A DNA stretch of 32,000 nt from Candidatus Heimdallarchaeota archaeon (lineage in GTDB: Archaea > Asgardarchaeota > Heimdallarchaeia > Heimdallarchaeales > Heimdallarchaeaceae), in the NCBI GenBank assembly GCA_030668875.1, contig DAOVER010000014.1, forward strand, positions 1 through 32,000, in the 5' to 3' direction. Both the position numbers and the translations under genes were made by a program. Within the stretch, counting starts at the first letter, position 1; each line of letters starts with the position of its first letter. Below are positions 26,171 to 32,000 of the stretch, piece after piece. The notes under the pieces were generated by a model. The model was not told the origin of the DNA. It ran no database searches and saw nothing but the letters and a program-made list of their open reading frames with translations.

Positions 26171-26456
26171 CTCATATGTTTATCTTAACTATATATTAAA
26201 AACCGCACATTTTTTACTCTCTCATCTTACTCTTACAACTTATCTTTGCTTATTGAACACCCTTCTGTTATGGGCATTTATCTATTTTTATCATATTTTA
26301 GTATGATTGAATACTTTCGGTTAACTGTCTCTTTTTGTTGAAATTATCAGTTATAATGAGTTTTAGATATATTGAATTTAACGTGACAGTTGCTCGAACT
26401 TCATTTCAATCTTAAAAATTTTGAATAGTTTTGTCGATATTGTTGTTCTGAGTCAG

Positions 26457-27488
26457 ATGGAAGATTATATGTGTGATGAGTGCAAGTCAAGAATAGTTAG
26501 AGAAAATGGGTTATATGTGTGCCAGAATTGTGGTTTAGTTCATGATGCGGTCCTAGATGCATCCTCTTTTCAATTAGGGTCCATATCCAAAAGTAATCAA
26601 TACAAGAGCCAACAGTATACTTCTATAAACAACAGATTAGCTGTTGTGAGTTCACTCGGCTCCTCTATTGGAACAGTGGAAGGATACATGTTTAGAGACG
26701 TTAATGGATCACTATTGGATCAAAGCACTCAATCTAAGTTTAGAAAATTTAAGAATTATTATCATATCCCAGGCGCGATTAAAGGGAAGGAAACCGACTA
26801 CAGGACAATAAAAATAATGAATGAAGTATTCGCGCGTCTTCATGTTCCTGAAAAAATACGCAATCGTTCTTTGTTCCTATATTACAAATACAAGGAGGAA
26901 CATAAAGGTAAAATAACAAATCATGTCCTATTATCTGCTTTGTCTCTTCTCCTTAGTGTCCGTGAATTTAAACATAACTGTCCTTTAACTCTCAAAGAGA
27001 TAGTTGGAACATACAGAGAATTGGGTCACCGGGTGTTAGGTAAAAACTTACTTAGTTTGATGCAAGATCTAAATATTAAATCCTCCTCTTCAAGCATTAG
27101 AAGGAGTGAAGAATATGTTTTCCGGATATGCTCTCTTATATGCCGCCATTCTCCAATAAAAGAACGGATAGAAAAAAAATACTCTATTGATGTTTATGTA
27201 TATGAAAAAATGCTTCAACTACTTTGTTTACGTATTCTAGAAAGCATCCCCCACGTTGAACGTGGAGGAAAGCGCCCCTATCCTTTTTCTGCAGCTTCTG
27301 CTTATGTGGCAGATAAGCTTCTGTCAAAGAAACTTAACAGTTCTTCAGCTCTAACTCAAAAACTAGTTGCTCAATCAACTAATGTTGCTGAATTTACTAT
27401 TAGAGATCATGCAGAATTCATGTTTAGTTATGACTATGATGAAATAATCACTGAAATTAGCAAAAGACTTTCTTCAAGTTTCGAATGA
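26457..27488 (+). CDS. tfb: Divergent transcription factor B (TFB/TFIIB) paralog (ATG 26457 likely; ORF track starts at 26421)
   Basis: Zn ribbon CDEC...VCQNCGLV, two cyclin-like repeats (RGGKRPYPFSAASAYVA) and C-terminal HTH TQKLVAQSTNVAEFTIR. Confidence 0.85.
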   Translation: MEDYMCDECKSRIVRENGLYVCQNCGLVHDAVLDASSFQLGSISKSNQYKSQQYTSINNRLAVVSSLGSSIGTVEGYMFRDVNGSLLDQSTQSKFRKFKNYYHIPGAIKGKETDYRTIKIMNEVFARLHVPEKIRNRSLFLYYKYKEEHKGKITNHVLLSALSLLLSVREFKHNCPLTLKEIVGTYRELGHRVLGKNLLSLMQDLNIKSSSSSIRRSEEYVFRICSLICRHSPIKERIEKKYSIDVYVYEKMLQLLCLRILESIPHVERGGKRPYPFSAASAYVADKLLSKKLNSSSALTQKLVAQSTNVAEFTIRDHAEFMFSYDYDEIITEISKRLSSSFE

Positions 27489-27523
27489 TGCTCAACAGAG
27501 AGAAAAAATGAAATTTCTCTACT

Positions 27524-28147
27524 TTAGAATCGAATTAGACTCGAGAAAATATTTTGCACCGCTAATACAATTGCTATATGAAGAATAAACACAATTACTA
27601 CTTTAAAGATTATACGTTTTTCATTACTCATTTTCAGTAAATAATAGTTATTTAGACAATTGATTACTAAAAAGGAAAATGACAAAAATGACCATATAGT
27701 AAATGAAAAAGAAAATGAGAAATCCCCCGTGCTAATTAATGAATAGAAATTAGAAAACAATGGAGAGAAACCTGCTATCATGGCTATTGTTATTAAAGTA
27801 ACATAACGTATTATCCGCATCCTTCTTATATGAACCTTTAACAAATCATTTCTCTCTTCAAGCGCTTCTTCACGCATTTTAATGAGTTCTGCCGTTGATT
27901 TAAATCGTTCTATCATTTCTTGAGTATCAGCTTGTGATGCTGATGCAAACAGATTACCTATCTCAGGATAATCCAATTTCAGCGATGAAAAAATATCGGT
28001 GATTTCCTCTCCAAGTTGAATTCTTAGAAGTAATTCTCTAGGAAAATCTTCAATAAAGAACATGGCCCTCTCAAGATTTTCTCCTTTTTCCATTTGGTTT
28101 GCTATTTCGCGGAGTAAGATGTGGTCTGAAAATGGCAGTTTATACAT
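27524..28147 (-). CDS. TadB/TadC (GspF-like) membrane platform protein
   Basis: LLREIANQMEKGENLERA motif followed by TM helices; in an operon with the secretion ATPase. Confidence 0.6.
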   Translation of the reverse strand: MYKLPFSDHILLREIANQMEKGENLERAMFFIEDFPRELLLRIQLGEEITDIFSSLKLDYPEIGNLFASASQADTQEMIERFKSTAELIKMREEALEERNDLLKVHIRRMRIIRYVTLITIAMIAGFSPLFSNFYSLISTGDFSFSFSFTIWSFLSFSFLVINCLNNYYLLKMSNEKRIIFKVVIVFILHIAIVLAVQNIFSSLIRF

Positions 28148-28949
28148 TCTTTTCCCCCATGCTATTGTTTTGAATTAATCTAAGTGTTACAGTTCCAAAA
28201 ACCGCATAAAGTAATGGAAAAAGCAGTAGTGTCGGTGATGTTGGTGATACTATTAGTGATAAAACCAAACTAAGAGCTAAAGGTAATAGGCATGAAATAG
28301 CAACAAAGATAACCATATTATCCTCAATCAACTTAATTTCTCTTTTTAATCTGATCAAGAAATCAGGATCGGTTTCTATGAAAGAATCAGGGTTTTTTAG
28401 GTTCTGAAAAGCATATCTGTGCTTCTTGTTTTGAAACATTATTGATTTTTCGTCAATTGTTTGATTTTCATCGGCTCCAATATTTAGATTGAAGATCATA
28501 TCTTCAAAGTATTTTTTGTAGAAATTATCAACTGTTCCTTTCTTCAGAAGTAGTTCAATGGAGTGGGGGAAAGATTGTGTTGATTTCATATTAATTGAGA
28601 GAGAATTTATAATTAGAAATGCTACCTCGTCAAACAATCTGTGTTTTTTTATTATATTTGACCTAACATAATCACTAAAAACAAAGAAAAGAGAAAGTGA
28701 AATTGCAATTGAGACAATAAACATAAAAATCAGATTCAATTGAATTAGGAAGTAACAAAGTATCATCGAAACAAAAAAACTAAGAATTGCAAGATTACAC
28801 AACACCACTAATTTTACCAGATCATTTTCTGATATGAACTCTTCTGAGTGTTTTCTAATCTTGCCTAATGTGATTCTGTAAAGAAATTCTTTTGGTATTA
28901 AGCTGAATTGCATTGTTCTTCGTATAAATGAAAAATACCTCGCCCCCAC
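28140..28949 (-). CDS. TadB/TadC (GspF-like) membrane platform protein
   Basis: N-terminal TM pair, cytoplasmic SLSINMKSTQSFPHSIE segment and C-terminal TM pair; abuts the ATPase gene. Confidence 0.6.
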   Translation of the reverse strand: MGARYFSFIRRTMQFSLIPKEFLYRITLGKIRKHSEEFISENDLVKLVVLCNLAILSFFVSMILCYFLIQLNLIFMFIVSIAISLSLFFVFSDYVRSNIIKKHRLFDEVAFLIINSLSINMKSTQSFPHSIELLLKKGTVDNFYKKYFEDMIFNLNIGADENQTIDEKSIMFQNKKHRYAFQNLKNPDSFIETDPDFLIRLKREIKLIEDNMVIFVAISCLLPLALSLVLSLIVSPTSPTLLLFPLLYAVFGTVTLRLIQNNSMGEKNV

Positions 28950-30326
28950 TCATTTCACCATTAACAATTGCTCCTTTTTCTTCTCAACATGACGTTGAAA
29001 ATCTATCTCTCTTTCTATAATTAAACTAATTTTTTCTTTAATGAACGATTCTTCTTTTATGGTACCGAGTATTCTTTTCTTATCCCAAGAAGAGTCGTAA
29101 ACTTTTGTTAAAAATCCATACCTTTTATCTGTTTGTGGATTATTAACATTAACTTCATAGACTTCAGCAATAGTTCTGATGAAACTATTTTTCAGTATCT
29201 CGCGTTTCATGATTATAATAGTTTCTAGAGACAGAAAGTCTGTAACTGAAATTTTGTGCAAATTCTCCCATCTTCTTAATATTTTTTCAACAGAATCGGC
29301 GTGAGCTGTTTGTATACCTTTTAAACCGGCATTTAATGCTTCAAACATGGCTTTTGTGTGCTCACTCGACTGGATTTCTCCCAAGTATATCCAATCAGGA
29401 GATCGATGAAGAAGTTTCAAAATTTCTGATGTTTTAGTGTATAAAGATCTATTAGATTCAAAAGAATCTACTTGAATTGATAATTGTTTATAGCCTAACT
29501 CCGTTTGGTTTATAGATTCAATTGCATCTTCTATTGCAATTTTTCTCCAGTGCTTTGGCGTATACAAATCTATGGCATTCGCTAATGTTGTTTTTCCTGA
29601 GTTTGGTTCTCCAATGACCGTGATGTTTTTCCTATGGTTGACAACTTCAACTAAGTAAGCTGCAAGGAGTGCAGGTAAAGTTTTCAATTCTATCAAATCA
29701 ACCATTTTTAATGGATTCTTATGGAATTTTCTAATATTAAATGTAGGACCGTTTGGAGATAATGGGGGAAAATCCATTGAAATTCTCATGTGAAAGTCAT
29801 TAGTTTTAAACTCGACTTTGAGTGATGGTTTCTTTGTAGTAACGGTAATAGGGTGTTCTAATTTTAATCTGGTTAGTAGACTTTTTACTTCTTCTTCTTC
29901 TAAAACTATCTCTGTATTGCACCTACCAAATATCCTATGATCAACATAGATTGGAGCATTCATTTGATCCATATATATTTCATTTACCCCATCATCTAGG
30001 AAAAGTGGAATAATCCTTTCTAGTTTTATTAATTTATGAATAAATAGTTCCGCAAATAAATCGGGTTCAATTGGCAAATTATTAACTTCTAATACTTTCC
30101 ACATAAACATTGTCTTTAAAACACTCACTAACTCATCAAACCTAAGTATTTTTTTTCCTAACATTTTCTTATTTTTGAAAACTATTGACGATAATTCTGT
30201 GAATACAAGTGGATCCTGATCAAAATCATACTTGGGTTCTGAACTATAGAACAAGTAATTATCATCATTTGTAATTTTAATTTTGTATCCTTTGACTTCG
30301 TATTCACATATTCCATCTATTTTCAA
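28950..30326 (-). CDS. VirB11/TadA/CpaF-family secretion or pilus ATPase
   Basis: GVNEIYMD, PPLSPNGPTFNIRKF, Walker A GEPNSGKTT, Asp box IEDAIE, SPDWIYLGEI and His box QTAHAD. Confidence 0.88.
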   Translation of the reverse strand: MKIDGICEYEVKGYKIKITNDDNYLFYSSEPKYDFDQDPLVFTELSSIVFKNKKMLGKKILRFDELVSVLKTMFMWKVLEVNNLPIEPDLFAELFIHKLIKLERIIPLFLDDGVNEIYMDQMNAPIYVDHRIFGRCNTEIVLEEEEVKSLLTRLKLEHPITVTTKKPSLKVEFKTNDFHMRISMDFPPLSPNGPTFNIRKFHKNPLKMVDLIELKTLPALLAAYLVEVVNHRKNITVIGEPNSGKTTLANAIDLYTPKHWRKIAIEDAIESINQTELGYKQLSIQVDSFESNRSLYTKTSEILKLLHRSPDWIYLGEIQSSEHTKAMFEALNAGLKGIQTAHADSVEKILRRWENLHKISVTDFLSLETIIIMKREILKNSFIRTIAEVYEVNVNNPQTDKRYGFLTKVYDSSWDKKRILGTIKEESFIKEKISLIIEREIDFQRHVEKKKEQLLMVK

Positions 30327-30521
30327 TTTGAAACTGTCCTTTCAGTTTTTACACTATCCCAATTACTAATTAGTATATCAACACCACTCTTTTTGAATAA
30401 ATCAGCAATTTTAAGATGAAATATGGCAACATTTAGAAAAAGGGCTTATTCGTTGATAATTTTTGATATACATATGTAATAACTTTAAATAGAAAAAACT
30501 TACCTTTGATGATGTGAGAAT

Positions 30522-31493
30522 ATGACCAATAAGTATGATGTAATGTGGACAGAAAAATATAGGCCTAAAACTCTTGATGATCTGAAGGGTCACAAAGACA
30601 TTATAATACGTCTAAAAGGATTTGTCGAAAGAAGGAATCTACCACATCTATTATTTGCTGGACCTCCTGGCACAGGTAAAACAACAGCTCTTTTAGCTCT
30701 TGCCAGTGATTTATATGGTCACAACAATGTTTCTCGTAATCTTCTGGAAATGAATGCTTCAGACGATCGTGGAATTGATGCTATAAGAACCAAAGTAAAG
30801 GAATTTGCGCGTACAGCTTCTTATGGCGACACACCGTTTAAGATAATATGTTTAGATGAAGCAGATAGTTTAACTTCCGCAGCTCAACACGCCCTGAGGA
30901 GAACAATGGAAAGATATGTAAAAACAAGTAGATTCGCACTAATTTGTAATTATTCAAGTAAAATAATAGAACCTATCCAATCAAGATGTGCTATATTTAG
31001 ATTTAAACCACTTGACGAAGACAGCATTCGAGAATTTCTCAAATACATATGTGATAATGAAAAACTAGTGTATGATAAAGAAGGGCTGGGTACGGTTCTT
31101 TACATATCAGAAGGAGATTTAAGAAAAGCTGTCAACATTCTGCAATCTACTGCTGCCTCAGGTAAATCAGTGGAACAAATAACTGTATTACAAACCGTAG
31201 GACATGCAGATCCTGAGAGAATTAAGGAAATGCTTAATCTTGCATTAAACAAGAAATTTGAAAAATCTAGAGAGGTTTTGCAGAACCTCATTCTACAATA
31301 TGGATTATCTGGAACAGATGTAACACACCAAATTTATCGCGAAATATCCTCTCTCTCTATTCCTGATAGCAAAAAACTGGAGATTACTGAATTTTTAGCT
31401 GAAATCGATTTTCGTATTTCAGAAGGCGCTTCTAGCAATATCCAATTAACCTCTTTCCTGGCGAAGTTAGTAAAAGAAGCTACTAAAGAATAA
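30522..31493 (+). CDS. rfcS: Replication factor C small subunit
   Basis: WTEKYRP, LPHLLFAGPPGTGKTT, LEMNASDDRGID, DEAD and SRC motif; no intein. Confidence 0.97.
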   Translation: MTNKYDVMWTEKYRPKTLDDLKGHKDIIIRLKGFVERRNLPHLLFAGPPGTGKTTALLALASDLYGHNNVSRNLLEMNASDDRGIDAIRTKVKEFARTASYGDTPFKIICLDEADSLTSAAQHALRRTMERYVKTSRFALICNYSSKIIEPIQSRCAIFRFKPLDEDSIREFLKYICDNEKLVYDKEGLGTVLYISEGDLRKAVNILQSTAASGKSVEQITVLQTVGHADPERIKEMLNLALNKKFEKSREVLQNLILQYGLSGTDVTHQIYREISSLSIPDSKKLEITEFLAEIDFRISEGASSNIQLTSFLAKLVKEATKE

Positions 31494-31511
31494 TAGGAAT
31501 TAACAACATTC

Positions 31512-32000
31512 CTATTTTTTTAAATCTCTAATATATCCCAGAATCAATCTTTTTTGTACCTCTTCTTTCTTCATTTTTCTTAAAATACCATTGATTTTTT
31601 CTCTAATAATTTTCAATGCTTTATCATTAATAACCCATTTTATATCTTCATAATAATGCTCTACCAAAATCAGATTATTGGGGTCAGCAGGTTGTATATT
31701 CAAGCTATCAATGTCGGTTCTTGTGTGAAGGAGTGCTTTTGTATCTTTTAATTCATCAGAGAGCCCCCAATAATTCATAACATATCCTACAATTCTTCTA
31801 ACTTGTTCCCATAGAAAAGATTGAGCAACAAATTCAAATAGCATATAATTTTGTTCTTCCCTAATATTGATCTGTTCAATTTCCCTAATTGTATTGCGAT
31901 GGTCATTTTTACAGAAGAGTCTATAGTCGTTTATTCCTTCAAAAAGCAAACAAATTTCTTGCATTTTACTTGTTAATGTTCCTACTTCGTCCTCTAAGTT
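31512..32000 (-). CDS. truA: tRNA pseudouridine synthase A, C-terminal part (frame stays open to the window edge)
   Basis: FEGINDYRLF, RNTIREI and FVAQSFLWEQVRRIVG match the TruA C-terminal half. Confidence 0.8.
   Translation of the reverse strand, partial: NLEDEVGTLTSKMQEICLLFEGINDYRLFCKNDHRNTIREIEQINIREEQNYMLFEFVAQSFLWEQVRRIVGYVMNYWGLSDELKDTKALLHTRTDIDSLNIQPADPNNLILVEHYYEDIKWVINDKALKIIREKINGILRKMKKEEVQKRLILGYIRDLKK

Noticed and set aside
6828-31291. Short ORFs overlapping longer genes (6828, 10708, 12542, 12852, 14412, 14988, 15335, 19009, 21917, 22053, 30411, 31100)
   Set aside because: Antisense or alternate-frame shadows of, or overlaps with, well-supported genes, with no motifs.

Overview
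AT-rich archaeal window. The gene content (uL1-uL10-P1 stalk operon, TFB, RFC, RPA, Rab-like GTPase, Roadblock, OSTC/DC2 homologue) points to an Asgard archaeon, probably Heimdallarchaeia-like; this taxonomy is inference. It opens with the 3' part of a 23S rRNA gene, interrupted in the peptidyl-transferase loop by a 378-nt intron whose ends fold into a bulge-helix-bulge (BHB) motif. The most striking region is 1615-6006 on the minus strand. It holds five intact 21-23 aa microprotein genes missed by the ORF track (consensus M(M)Kx(K/R)YDPxxGD(E/D)xxxPP(L/A)WxP(N)) plus one frameshifted copy. Four of the five sit behind a conserved ~115-125 bp non-coding block, and the genes are interleaved with two ~530 aa paralogous TPR-like helical proteins. 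This looks like a duplicated peptide + TPR-protein module, a candidate undescribed archaeal peptide signalling or peptide-binding system. The rest comprises a membrane-anchored HerA/VirB4-like ATPase, the ribosomal stalk operon, a KaiC-Roadblock-FIST-Rab-like GTPase-Zn protein operon, a winged-helix protein, OSTC/DC2, RadB, NadE, tRNA-Thr(GGU), surface proteins, a five-OB RPA, a divergent TFB, a Tad/VirB11-like ATPase with two membrane partners, RFC small subunit and the 3' part of truA. All product calls rest on motifs recognised by eye; no database searches were run.
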